Shown here: one piece after another, positions 12,801 to 26,400 of the stretch
How positions within the stretch are numbered: position 1 is the stretch's first letter
How the letters are laid out: each line of letters begins with the position of its first letter
Source: Epiperipatus broadwayi
Taxonomy: Eukaryota > Animalia > Onychophora
Direction: 5' to 3'
Length of the DNA stretch: 64,000 nucleotides
Assembly: GCA_028023455.1 (NCBI GenBank)
Contig: JAQFVV010000003.1
Location: 24,738,001-24,802,000 of the forward strand
Notes under the pieces: generated by a model
What the model was told of the DNA's origin: nothing
Database searches by the model: none
What the model saw: the letters and a program-made list of their open reading frames with translations, nothing else
Program-made: the position numbers and the translations under genes

Positions 12801-15800
12801 TTTATTCGTGAATGAAATCCATTATCTTTAATTTACCAAGATGGACTTATAGTAGCCATAGACCTGGAGGTAAGTTATTCTAAATTCCTCTTCCATAAAA
12901 CAAAAAAAATAAATAAACATAATGACATATGTAAATATACTTGGTATCAATCTTTTAAAATTACCATTAATCAATATTTCCCGATCAACATATTTATGGA
13001 CATAGGAATTGTCCAATTTCAAGTGCCAATCCCATGGCTTACATAGAAATTATGCTGACGAATTACTATAGTTGATCATAGCGTACTAAAAATAAACCTA
13101 ACTGCTGGGCAGCTCACTCAGAGCAGATAGTATTTAAACTGACAGAGATGTGTTAATAGGAGTAGACTGCATTAAACTATTTGGGAAAAGACCTATATAT
13201 TATCTTAACTAAGTTATAATTATAAAACAAGAAAATAAATTATGGTTCTCATTTGTTTTAATAAAGTGCAATTATACACATATATTTTAAATGGTTGAAA
13301 ATAATTGTTTAATATATATTTTAGTTGTTTGTTTGGTTTTTTTTTTGCCTTTTCTATCATTTACATAAATTAAAAATATAGAAGTAAACTATGAATTGCA
13401 CCTAAATTGCTTATAACTCATATGATTACAAATTAAAGGAAAAACATATTTTTAATTATTTTTGCTTTACTATAAATTAAAAAATATAGGAATAAAATAC
13501 TAATTGTACATCAATTGCTTACAACTGTATGATTATAAATTAAAGGAAAATCATATAATGTACATCAATTGCTTACAACTGTATGATTATAAATTAAAGG
13601 AAAATCATATAAATACCTTTAGTCCCCAGGGAATTTTTCATATGCATATGGCAGTAAACTTATTCAGTGAACCTATAGTTATAATGATTGTCTGAAAATG
13701 TCCTTACTTTGCATTTTAAATGAAGCATAGATGATAGAAGTTGTATTATTTGTGAGAGAGTTGGACACGGATTTTGAATTCAGTAGATGACACAATTATG
13801 TAGCAGACATCTTCTCCATGGGCATTGAGATAAACCCAGGCGCATTAGGACTTCACTCCCACATCATCATTACATCAGCATACATATAATTTCCATCTAA
13901 TAGGGTAATTCAAATAATCACAATAGGAAAATATTAAACAGCAGTCATAATAAGAAATCAATCAGAATAAAAACTATGATCTCTAGATTTTTTTTCTTTC
14001 TTTTTTAGAAAGTTCTATTTTCACTCATTTGATACAATCTTTTCCATCAAACCTCAAAATGTTCCATATTTTTATTCTTATTCTATGTGATCTGCTTAGT
14101 CCAATATACCGCTGAGAATCCAGTTCTTTTGCCTTCTTATTTCTTTTCACAAAGGAAAATCTTTTAACAAGTTTCTAACTTAACAGTTCATTAGAAACAT
14201 TTTTTTTAAAAAAAATAACTCTATACAATTAACTAATGCAAATAGCATTTCATAAATAAACATCTGCTGCCTTTTTAGCAACTTATTTCTTTTTAATTAA
14301 AAAAAAAAAAAATTGTACATATAAATTATACATTTTGAAGGAAGTTCTTTTTACATTTCATTATATATAAAATAATATATATACACATGCCTCATCAAAA
14401 CAAATAAGCATCCTCTCTGAGGCCTATTTTGGTTAACTATTTATTTATTTAGTCTCAACCAAATACATATATATCCAATTCTCACATTTACATACATATG
14501 TGGCTATCTATAGTCTCTTTAACTTGTAATAGGATTCAAACCTGGTTCCTGTTACATTACAAAGCTATTTAACCCTGAGTATAATAAAATGAAAGTTTTT
14601 ATGAGTAAGAGATGTTCAGTGTTACTCATGTTTAACATCATCAAAAACCAAATCAGAAGAATGGACAGACAGAAACATACATAGATCCTAAAAACATAAG
14701 AGTACATACAGTTAGATTTATGCCTTCATTTAAATTTTTTTTTGCAAGATAAGAATATGAGTTGTAATAAGACATTTGCTCTGTGTGTTTTAGCATAATG
14801 ATAGCATACCAGAGGAAAAAAAATTCTGAATCAAAGCTCAATCTGAGCTTTCTGATGGTAGAATACCATGTGATCTATGAATGATTTGTCATTTGATTAA
14901 TACTATAAATCAGCCATTGTATTATTAAAATGTCAGAAACTTCCTAAGAAAACCAAGGTGGAGACTAATGATCATATGAAGTATCCATATGGAGCTATTA
15001 CAAACAATTTTGAAATGTCTACACTAAAGAGATGCCAAGTTACAGACAAATGAGTAATATTCATTTGGGACTTACACACACTTTACCATCAAGAAACAGT
15101 TAATAATTTAGGATAAGAGAATTGACATAGGAGAAAAAACATTATTCATCAAGTCATGTGACAAACGGGGGTGTTGTACAAGAACATGCTGAAAAAATAA
15201 TTGATGCAATAAATCTGGATGCCAAGGCTGATTCCATCTTTTGGCAGAATGGTATCTTTTACCATTTGCATCAATGAGTGTGGCAATATATGAATGCTCA
15301 GTATTGAATGGGTGAATAATGGTCTCCTTGCTAACTTGATCTGCCTCCTAACAACTTCTTGTAAAGTTACATCGAGAATGTCATGCGTGCTTCATTTATC
15401 ATGCAAACTAGTTGAACTGAAGTTGCATATAAACATGATAGTTGTTAAACACAGTAAGTCTATGCTTAGAGATAATGATGCTGGTTTAACAGTAGTCATA
15501 TTAGAATTTGAAAATCTGGAAGTTTTGTCCCTCTTCAGAAAACTATAAGACTAATTTAAATAATTTTGCAAAATTATCTAATTTATTTTAAATAAAAGAT
15601 TATAATAAAGTGCCTCAAGTAGCCATAAGGTGCCTCATGTATAAATAAAAGACCAGAGCCACTTTTGAATAACTCACTGCAGGACATAGGTTCCTTCAAA
15701 AGCTACTTGTAAAAAGTAATTTAAAAAAAAGGCACTATTCAACAAATATGTCAATGCGATTTCCCTTTCTTTTTGTACCCTTTAGTTAAGAATAGAAAGA

Positions 15801-18800
15801 TATCCACTTATTGACCATTATTAGATGATTAAAATGACTTTGACCATCTATCTAAAAGAAAAGAAAAAAAAAACTTTGATTAAAATCAAAATTTTCTAAA
15901 TTATCCTGGATTGAATGCTTTACTATTACAACATATAAACCAATAGTGAGTAGACATTTGGAGGGCAAGAGCTATTTATAAATTTTCCACAAGTGTTGTA
16001 ATCCACTACCAGTATATTAGTAATAACATAATAATAATATATGATATCAATTGTTAAAAATAATATTAATTTATTATCAAAAATTCAATATACAAAAACT
16101 ATCAAATATAAATTTCAAGTAGAAACATAAAAATTTATTAATTATCTAAGATTTGTACTGAATGATGTCCACTGATCCTGAGTATTTGGGTATGCAATTA
16201 CTAATTGCTATATCTTGCAGGTGATTGTAAATGGTCTTCTATAAGATAGAAATGGGCATGACAATTCTATGAAAAAGTTGTACATCTTTAATTTGCAAAA
16301 ATGATTTCATTTTGGTTCTTGAATGAAACATAATGTATTCTTGGCTTTTAAAAATGCTTTTTTTATTATTATCATTTCTCCATCTGATAAAGATTTTTAA
16401 AGTTTTTTTAACACATAGCACACAAAATAATGCAACTTTAAATTTAAAATGAGTTTAATAAAATATGTATAATTGTTAGCTGATTAATTTCTGAATTAAA
16501 TTCATTTAACTTTGGTAATTCACTTTTTAATAGAAGCATTGGTGGCCTAGTGGTTAGCACAGCTGCCTTCTAAGCAGCTGTCCTGGATTTGCTTCCCAGT
16601 CAATGCTTTGACATATAAAAAAAAAAAAACTTGCACGCTTAGTTTTAAAATGTTTTTCAACATTTCCTTTTTTTTTTTTGGAAAAAGACATACTTGTATG
16701 ATATATATATAGTGCACACTTTTTGGATTTATCATTGTGAAAAAAAAAACAAAAAAACTGCTCTTTCCATTCAATATTAAAATTGTATTTTCATTGTATT
16801 TGTTTAAGAAATGGTAAAATACCTCCTTCCCCTTAAATTTAAGCTTTTTTTGACAACAAAAAACACAGTTATCAGTTTAGGAATTACAAATGTTATTAAA
16901 TGCTGCCTGTTGTACCCTTATATTGCAGTGAACAAAACCGAGCTGTTGAATTTGTCATATTTACTGACTAACTTGCCCACTACATACCACTGCCTTGATA
17001 GTAAAGAGCTGATTCTCTCCTATAATAAACATACACATGCGAAAATATATTTCTTTTTTGTATCTTTATCTAATTTATTTCTTTTATGTATGTTTATCTA
17101 ATTTAGTGAAATATGGCCTTGGTTACTATTATTTTCTCTTAACTCAGTCAGTCATTCTAAAATTTCTTGCTAGTATATTGGTGGACCGCAATTGATGTCT
17201 TACCCAAATCTGATATAATCTATGAAATTTTTCAAAATGAAATAAAAAAATATTGAGCAAATCGTAATTCAAGTTTAAATTATAAAATCTAGTAGTCATA
17301 AAAACTTTATGATTTAATACTAAACTAACAAAAGAAATAAACTTACATGTTATTGTAATCCCAAGACCAACTCCTCTCTTTGCAAGTTTGACCGCAAATG
17401 TTCCAGTACTAGGAACCACTGACTCTGAAAAATTAAAATAATTTGGAAAGTGATTAAGAAAGGTAATAAGTTTATTTAATTGCAATAAAAACTCCAATAA
17501 CTTTGTATTAATCCAATAACCATCGCATGATCACCATTTCTTATGCTTGCTTATAACTGTTATTAAAACAGGCAAAACTCTCTACATGTATTGCCACTCA
17601 GTGCAGTAGGCAATAGATGGGGATCTTATGCACAAGCCTTCTGGGATCCATTGATTACTCTGGCTTGCACTGAGTGGCAACACATATAGAGAGGTTTGCC
17701 TGTTTTAATGACTTTGTATTATAATGCTAGTTTTATATTTTAATTTTTTGACACCACTTAACAATATCTATAAACTCTAAATACAAAATAAACATGTGTA
17801 AAATATACATTTGTATCATCATCATCATTATCACATTCAACCATGCCCAATCCATTGCATAAAGAAGATTTCTCTTAAGTTTAATCCAATTTCTCTAATT
17901 TCTAGCCTCTCTTCTCTATAATACATAACTAACTTCCTTATTCCATTCAACTATTCCACATTGTCTTTTTTAAGTTTCTTACTATCTCCTGGAATCAAAT
18001 TGTCTGTCTATTACCATCTTTTCTAGGATGTCAGTTGTATTTATATACAAAAGTCTAATAATAAAATATAAAGTTGTGTAATAAATACCAAGTCCATTTA
18101 ATTAATATTTGAACTGTTTTGTAGATACTACCTACATTCAATAATTTTTTACATTAGAAAAATGATTTTCTATTGTATTTTAGATCTTTTTTAATATAGT
18201 TATCAAGAATAACAGCAATCAGAGAAAAATCTTAAAATAAACTATATATTTTAATGTAAATTGTCTTTGAAATGACATCTAATTTTATATAGCTATTCGA
18301 CTTAATTTTTATAAGTCTATAATAAACAGACATATGCTGTATATGTAATGATAAATAATTCTTTTATACTGGGTAAATATAATATCACATGATAATCAAA
18401 TCTATTTAATTAATATTTTAACTCCCTCTAATTGCCATGTTAATAACTTTTTAAAATAGCAAAATGACCTGCTGTATTTTAGTTCTACATCTGTTGTTGT
18501 TCTGGATAAAAGATCATTTTCCTACAGTAAAAAGTTATTGAACATGGTAGCTAGAGAGCAGTTCAAATATATATATATTATAACACTTATGAGATATGTA
18601 TTGTAAAAGTCACATATATCTGCATTACATATTTTCATAAGTTAAAAATATATGGCCAAATTTATTAAAAAAGAAATAAAATCAAATAAATGAGAATAGT
18701 CAAAAAGTAATAATTAATTACAAAGCAGTTTTAAAACAAAGTTTTAAAAATAAAAGGTTGCATATATTTTTCTTTTAAAAGAGAATAAATCTTTTATTGA

Positions 18801-20382
18801 AAACAAGTTAGGAAAAAGAATTAAAAATAAAGATTTAAAAACTCCTTTTTATAAATTTTTATAAAATAAAATAATAAATGTTCAATAAAATAAATGTTAA
18901 TGAAAAATCTAAAATAAAAAGATTAATTAATTAATTTGAAATGTCAGTAAGATTTCTGACTGATAATAAAATCAAAACCAAGAATTGTAATAATTAAAAA
19001 CTATGCAAGCTATCTTCGGTATAAATGCGAAGAGATAGTAGATTAATCTAGGAAAAAGATAAGATTAAAGAAAAATGTAAAAATTCAATTAAACTAAAGA
19101 AAAATGTGGATTTGATTAAAGAAATAGATTTAAAGCTGTGATAAGGAAAAAAACAATGAGAGAAAAAAATAAGTATAAATATTCACAACCATCTATTGTT
19201 ATTTAGTCTGGTCTTCAATTCCTTCTGTTGAGTTCTGGTCTTCATTTCATGATGGAATTAGTTAAGATTATTATTATTATTTAGTTTGAACAGAATGCAC
19301 TCAGAGTCTCATTGAGAATCCAAACAACCAGAGATACAGATATTCAGAAACTGTAAAATGCAATAGTAAGCTAGTCAATTACTGCTGTGGTCAACGTCAA
19401 TGCAGAAGTTGCAAAACTAGCAACATGTGTTGCTTGACAGCCATAGGAGTGTTTGACAATGCCATGCCTTGGTTCTCAGCAAAATCAACTGCATTTTCCT
19501 GGAGCCAATGCCAAGAACAAATGCCCAGGCTCTAGAGGAGATGCTGCCACACACTCACTCTCTTCCATTATTGAGTCAAATAAATTAAGACAATTCGTAA
19601 AACCATTGATGGAACCAAAAGGCCAACCAGTTGGAAAATACATACAACAGTAAAACCTAGGTAAAAATACTTTAAATGACTAAATAAGACATCTGATTTT
19701 AAATGAAATGAACTTTAATGAAGGATTATTATAACTATAGCCTAAAGTCATCATTTATATTTTCTTATATAAAAATTTATGTTAAGTATTTGTGTGCATA
19801 AATAAATAATAATGTTGCTTAATTATTATTTGGTCTATTCTCTCTCTCTTTTGTCACTGCATCACCAGTAAATTAGTGTATAAATATCTATATATATCAT
19901 GAAAATGTGCTAGACCCCTAAGATAGAATATGAGCTAGCTTGGGATATTTTCAAGCACTGTATTGGTGTGCCTGTTATCCGAGCAGCTATAAACAACTTA
20001 TATAGTTGGTTGGTGCCTAAGTTTGAATCTTAAAATAAATAAAATGCTCTGGATGTAGGGTATTGATGTAGCAATCGAGGAGTGCTATGACCTGGAAATG
20101 TGATCATAGGCTGAAGCTTTGTATAGCCTCGATCTGGCTACAGGTATCATTGATGGTTAATCTATCAATGGTATTCTACCCTGCTTGAAGGGCTGGTTCA
20201 TTATCATAGTCACAAGATTGCCAAAAGTTAGTTACAGAATTTTAAAAGTTGGAATAAGCATGCAACTTTGATGGACTCTGGTTTAATATATATTGTTAAA
20301 AGGAAGTTGCCTTGATGACAGCTTGAAATTGTTGATTGTTATTGATTTTGGGCTCGTCTAAGTGTTGACTGGTTTTTAATAG

Positions 20383-20416
<34 letters not shown>

Positions 20417-23400
20417 CATAAATTACATGTATAATTAAAAAAGCAGACTGGCTTTTAGCATTATAGTGAAAAGAAGTTAATAATGGTTGTTATATGTATA
20501 ACTACATTGATTGTAAAGTTTCTATTAATAAAAAAAAATGCAAAAAACTGGTTTGGGGTGAGGATTAAATTGCACTAGTACCCAGTAATCATTGATTCTC
20601 AAACTCACTAAAGATGATATTAGAGTGAAGAGTTGTTCTTGTCTGTCAATATTGTGTAAACAAATAAGTGTTGCTGTTTAGTATTAACATTCCTAGCTAG
20701 TAAGTCCCTAAAATATGTAGTTATTAAATTGGGTAGCATCCCCATAATTACATAAACAGATTGTCTTGGTTTCAAAACCTCAAGGCTTTCTCAATTTTAG
20801 CTTGATAATAAAAATGAAGTTTAAGGTGATTTCACGTGCATAAATTACAATTTAAGCTCTCAATAATAAAAACCAAAATCAGAACTGATCTGATGAAGAG
20901 GATTGAAATACACTTCCCTCTAGTAATCACAGATTATTCAAGCTATATATAGGTGGTACTAGAATAGAGAGTCACTCTTGATTTCCATTATATATGTGTG
21001 TGTGTAAACACGCATGAAAATAATGAAAAAATAAATATTATTAGTTTCCAAATGCTGAACTAAAATATATATTATACAAGAAATACATATTATAGCATAT
21101 GGAACTTATATTTCTATTTTTGCATTACTTCAATGTACTTGAATCTAAAATATAATTAATCTTAAAAATTTTATTCTTTTAATTACACATGCACATGAAT
21201 AAAGAAATAAAAATATGTATCAAATTGCTAAATGTAGATATAAATAAATTTGTCATATTTATTTCATTTTTATATATGCTGTGTTTATTTATTATAAATT
21301 TTAAAAAAATCTAATTATAAATATGCAACAATTTTTTTAATATTAAACTTAAATTAGTTTTAAGGATAATATTAATAAATTCATTCATTACTAAGAAATA
21401 TATTTATAATCATGAATTACATTAAAATATTATCTTAGAGCCATTCTCTTAGTTGTATATCAAAATAATTGATTGATTTCCTCTCTACCTTACATTGATA
21501 CTAGTGACATCTGTCTTCTAACTTCAAAAGTGATAACACAAACAGGTTCCTCAACTTCTTTTTAGAGGCACTAAATCTGTATTGTTCTTTACTTAATAAC
21601 AACTCTTTTTTTACATTCAAAATTATTGGCTAAAAATCTAAATTCCCTCAGGTTTTTCTCATGTAAAATATATATATATATTGCTATAAAATATGAAGTT
21701 TCTGTCAGATTTTTGGTCCAAGACAACTGTCTTGTAGAGCTTGGGTTTAAATTTTCAATATTTTGAATTTGTTAATAATATACATAATAATATGTGCTGA
21801 CATATATAATATCAGTTTGAGAACCCCCTTCCCTAATCTCAACACTATTAAACAATATAAAGGACAAGTTATCTCAAGATCAAACCCTCTCCAAATAGTG
21901 TATAAAATCGGATGCAGCAATGTTTCTTGTAGATCGGTATATAATGGAGAGCCAAGTGTAAATATTGCTACAAGAGTGGGACAATGTAAGTATTTATATT
22001 GTAATGCTAGTGAGACATATGTATAAAACTCACACAATTTATTAAGAAAGAAAAGACTAGTTAAAGAAATAATTAATTAAGATGTAGATTTTTAGAACAT
22101 AATTTTGTAAAAGCAAAAAGATTGTGTTATATTTTTCTTTTAAAATAGAATAAAGCTTTTTATTGAAGTGAGTGGAGAAAAGAATTAAGAGAAATAAAAA
22201 TTTAAAAACTCACTCCTTTTTATAAATTAAAATAAGTTAAAAGAATAAATGTTTAAAAATAAATCTTATTGGAAAAAAAAAAAACTGAAATAAAAGGATT
22301 AATTAATTAATTAGTGAATGCCAGTAAAATTCATGGCTGATAATAAATATGAAATGTTTAAAGATAAAACTGACAATAGAATTAATTACAATGTATGTAA
22401 ACTATCTCATTGACATAAATGTGATGAGATTGTAATTAATCTAGGAAAAAGATTAGATTAAAACGAATGTAAAATTAATTTCAAAAAAATAGATTTAAGT
22501 TAAAATCAAAATAAAAACCATAAACAATGGGAGAGAAAAAAGTATAAAAGCTGCAGTTATCTATTGTTAAGAATTCATTCATAATATTTTTTCTTGAGAT
22601 TCACTCTGAGTTTTGTAGAGATTCACTCAGACATCCAGAGATGTAGATATTTGGAAATTTAAGTCAAACTAGTCATTACTGCTGCAGATAACATCAATGC
22701 TAAAGTCACAGAACTAGCAGCATGCATTGTTAGAAAGCCATAGGAGTTTTCAATACTGCCCCATGCCCCAAAGTCCTCTGCAAATCAACTGTTTTCACCT
22801 GGAAACAATGCCTGAAAACGATACCAATAGTGAAATAGATGCTGCTGCTATCTCTCTCTCTCCTCCATTGTCAAGCCAAAAATGGAAGACAAGCCTTGAA
22901 AACATCAATGGAACATCGGCCAACTGATTGGAAAGTGACAATCATAAAAACCTAGGTAAATATATTTTCGATCACTGTCTAGACACTTTATTTTAAATGA
23001 AATGAATTTTAATGAAGGACCATTATAAAATTTAGCCTGATTAATTATTTATATTTTTTCTATGTAAATTTTCATATTGTAATGTTATATTAAATATGTG
23101 TGCATGAATAAATACTAATGTTTGCATAAGTATTATTTGGTCTATTCTCTCTTTCTCTCTTGTTACTGCATCACCATTTATTTAAAGATATAAATGTTAT
23201 ATGTGTTAAGTTAAGTGTGCTGGACCCCCTTGATTAAGATTAGGAGCTAGTTTTGGATATTTCAAATGTTGGATAGGTGTGCCTGTTGTTCGAGCATGCC
23301 GGCTATAACATATGGTCGGTTGGCACCTGAGTTTGATTCTCAAAACAAATAAAATCCTTTGGATGGCAGGGTTTTCTTCTAGCAGTTAAGGTGGAATATG

Positions 23401-26400
23401 GTCAGGAAATGTGGTCATAGTTATCCTACATATAGCTTTGATCTGGCCATGGGTATTGTTGATAGTTAGGCTATCAATGGTATTCTTCTCTCGGCTTGAA
23501 GTGCTGGTCTGTTCCCATATTTTAAAGATATACGTGAATAATTGTGTGAGGAAATAATAAATATAAAAGATATTGTTAAATAAATAATGTTAAGAATATA
23601 AGAAAAGAAGTATAATGAATAAATATGTAGAGTTTGATAATAAGCTTATTAAAGTAATTTAGTTAAAGTCAAGAAATATAAAACGTGAAATATAAAACCT
23701 ATGAAAGTTTAGATATTAAAAGATATTAAGTATAGCAAGCTGGTTAAAATAAAATAATGAACAATAATCAATAATAAGATAAGTTCGGAGGGACCCGTAC
23801 AATATAGACATACAAAAAATGATTCTGAGTTTAAATTGGTTCTTCTAGAGCATGATCAGGAAGGAGTCTGATCACATCTTTGCCCCAAAAAGATCAACAT
23901 TGTATGTATCAAATATGATGACAGAAAGCAAAAGATTAAGGAGGTGTGATTTATTTCTAACAATCCCCACACAATCAAGAAAAAGAAAAATGGTATGTAG
24001 TTATCTAAAAAGTGAAATATTCACATCAGCAATTTACATAATTTGTGTTCTAATTAAATTCCATGTTTCCTGTAATTCATGATTGCTATCATTCTGGCCT
24101 TACTGGCCAAAAGCACGTTTAGCATGTCTTAGGAAATCAATGTAGAATAATCTTTTCTTAGTCAATGTTCAAAGTGTTTCGTATACTGTTATAATAATAT
24201 GTACATATATTTATTAATAAAAGTCTACTCTCCATAGTATTAAATTTAAAGTATACTAATATATTTTAAACAGTATTAACTCTTAATTGAATATCAAATG
24301 AACACTTTGAGCTCTCGTAATATAATATAAATTTGTAATAAGAGCAGATTAGGGACAGAATGTCTAACATTAATCGAAGAGCCCCTTTTTAAAATATTTT
24401 TTCTGTAGTTAAGATATAAAAATTTATAAAGACTCTGATACATTGGAAGAGCAGTTAACTTCACTCTATTGTAGAGCTATCTACTGTAAGCTTGAGTAAT
24501 CAAGAGGTAGTATAAAGCAATATAAAATCCCCATTTCCAGACTGACCAGTTTTTGTTTTTTGCCTTCATCAATGAAAATCAAGATTCAAAGCTAAAACTA
24601 ATGCATTTAGCAATCAATTTTTACTCCACTATATTATTCAGGCTAATAATTTAAAATTAAAAAAAAAATCCTCAAGTTTCAAACCCATTCTAACATTTGT
24701 ATAGTTATGTAAAACTTTTATTTATTTTTAAGATTTCAATTATCATATTATAACTATACACTCCTTCCAATCTTTGGAAAGGAAGAGAAATAATGATATA
24801 CCATCCAGTGGCATTACTACAAGTCACAAAGGAAGGCAATGCCTGTGAGCCCATGCAGTCCAGGGGCTCATAAACATGAAAATCTATAGCAAGGCACTTA
24901 AAATCTATTCACATGAAAACAATTATAAACTACATATCATAATATGTTATTATTATATGATATAAAAAATTGTAAAATTATTTTGAAAAATCCAAAATTT
25001 CTGCCTTTGGGCCCAATTTTTCTAGTTATGCCATTGATACCATCTGGTGTTTATAAATTAATTACCAAACTTATAGTTAGATGGCTCTAAAATAAGATAA
25101 AGATAATTATTCTTAGAAGCATATGATAGCAAACTGCATATATGTGCAGTTAATTATATATATTTGCACTTTCTAAATTATAATTTATCAACATTATTTT
25201 TAATAAACATATAAAAATGACTGCAGGATCTGATATTTATTTATTGCTTTGTTAGGGAAAAATGAGATTCCTCATATTATTTGTGAAACTGTAAATAAAG
25301 CATAACAAATAAAAATACTCAAAATTTCATTTTTTGATTATTATTGGCATAAATTATCATAAATTAGATTTTTTATATATCATAACTGAATAAGAAATGT
25401 AATAAATCTGTTAGTAAATGTGAAATTTAAACTTAGTTCTCAAAATCCATAATTTATGAATAAATAAAATGGAAAATTTTTTTTTAAATAATACTTTTAT
25501 GTAAATAGATAAAAAGTAGAAAAATAACAAAGTAATCCATCACTCGTTTAATTTACTATTCTTGGAAAATATTAGAGATCTTAAGAATCTACACTTCTTA
25601 TAACACAATTGGAAATTGCAGGAATAAAACCATTTGAGGCCTTTTTGATTTTTATGATTTATTTGAGCCTCAAATGCTTTTATGAAATGACAATATTCCT
25701 GCAATTTCCAATTGTTTTATAACAAGTTTTTCTAAGAATGGCAAATTAATTGAGAAGCAGATTACTTTGTTATTTTTATACTTTTTAGTCAGCCATTTAC
25801 ATAAAAATATTATTTAAAAAAAATTTTTTTTACATATTATTTTTTTACTTTTAAGTTATATTTACATATTATTTTAAAAAAATGGTCAAAACTACAAAAA
25901 AATCTGATGAAAAATATAATTTAATAATAGGATATGAAAATAAAAAATACACCCTGTAACAAATGAATTCTAAATTTAAGCATCACGTGATCATCTAAAT
26001 TTATGTATTGGATTTTTAATTAATTAAGTATAAGTTAAATTAATATTAATAAAATTTTATTCTACAAATGTAATGTTTCTGTCAGATATATATTTTAAAT
26101 AATTTAATTAAGTATGGGTTAAATCAATATTAACAAAATTTTAATCTGAAAATGTAATATTTCTGTTGGTTCAGTTGTTAAGGAGTTTTCTTGGGAGATG
26201 TAAGGATCTGAGGTTGAGTTCTAAATGAGAACAGATTTTTTTTTCCATTGTTAAAAATTCAAAGATGTGGACATATAAACATACAGACTGAAACATATTC
26301 AGACAGGGCAAATTAATATAAAAGTATTTAATATAAAGTTAATAAATTCTAAAACTTCATTCACAACAATACAATTATATTTTTCCAGCTTTAAACCACT

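Noticed and set aside
14900-15560. Possible transposase or RT relic (ORF 15294-15548)
   Set aside because: Composition suggests decayed coding DNA, but no family motif was recognisable in any frame.
20305-20335. ttgatgacagcttgaaa as a hammerhead
   Set aside because: First core base wrong, no stem II and no stem I partner.
20885-20935. ctgatgaagaggattgaaa as a minimal hammerhead
   Set aside because: Both cores are present, but stem II is at most 2 bp and stems I and III cannot form convincingly.
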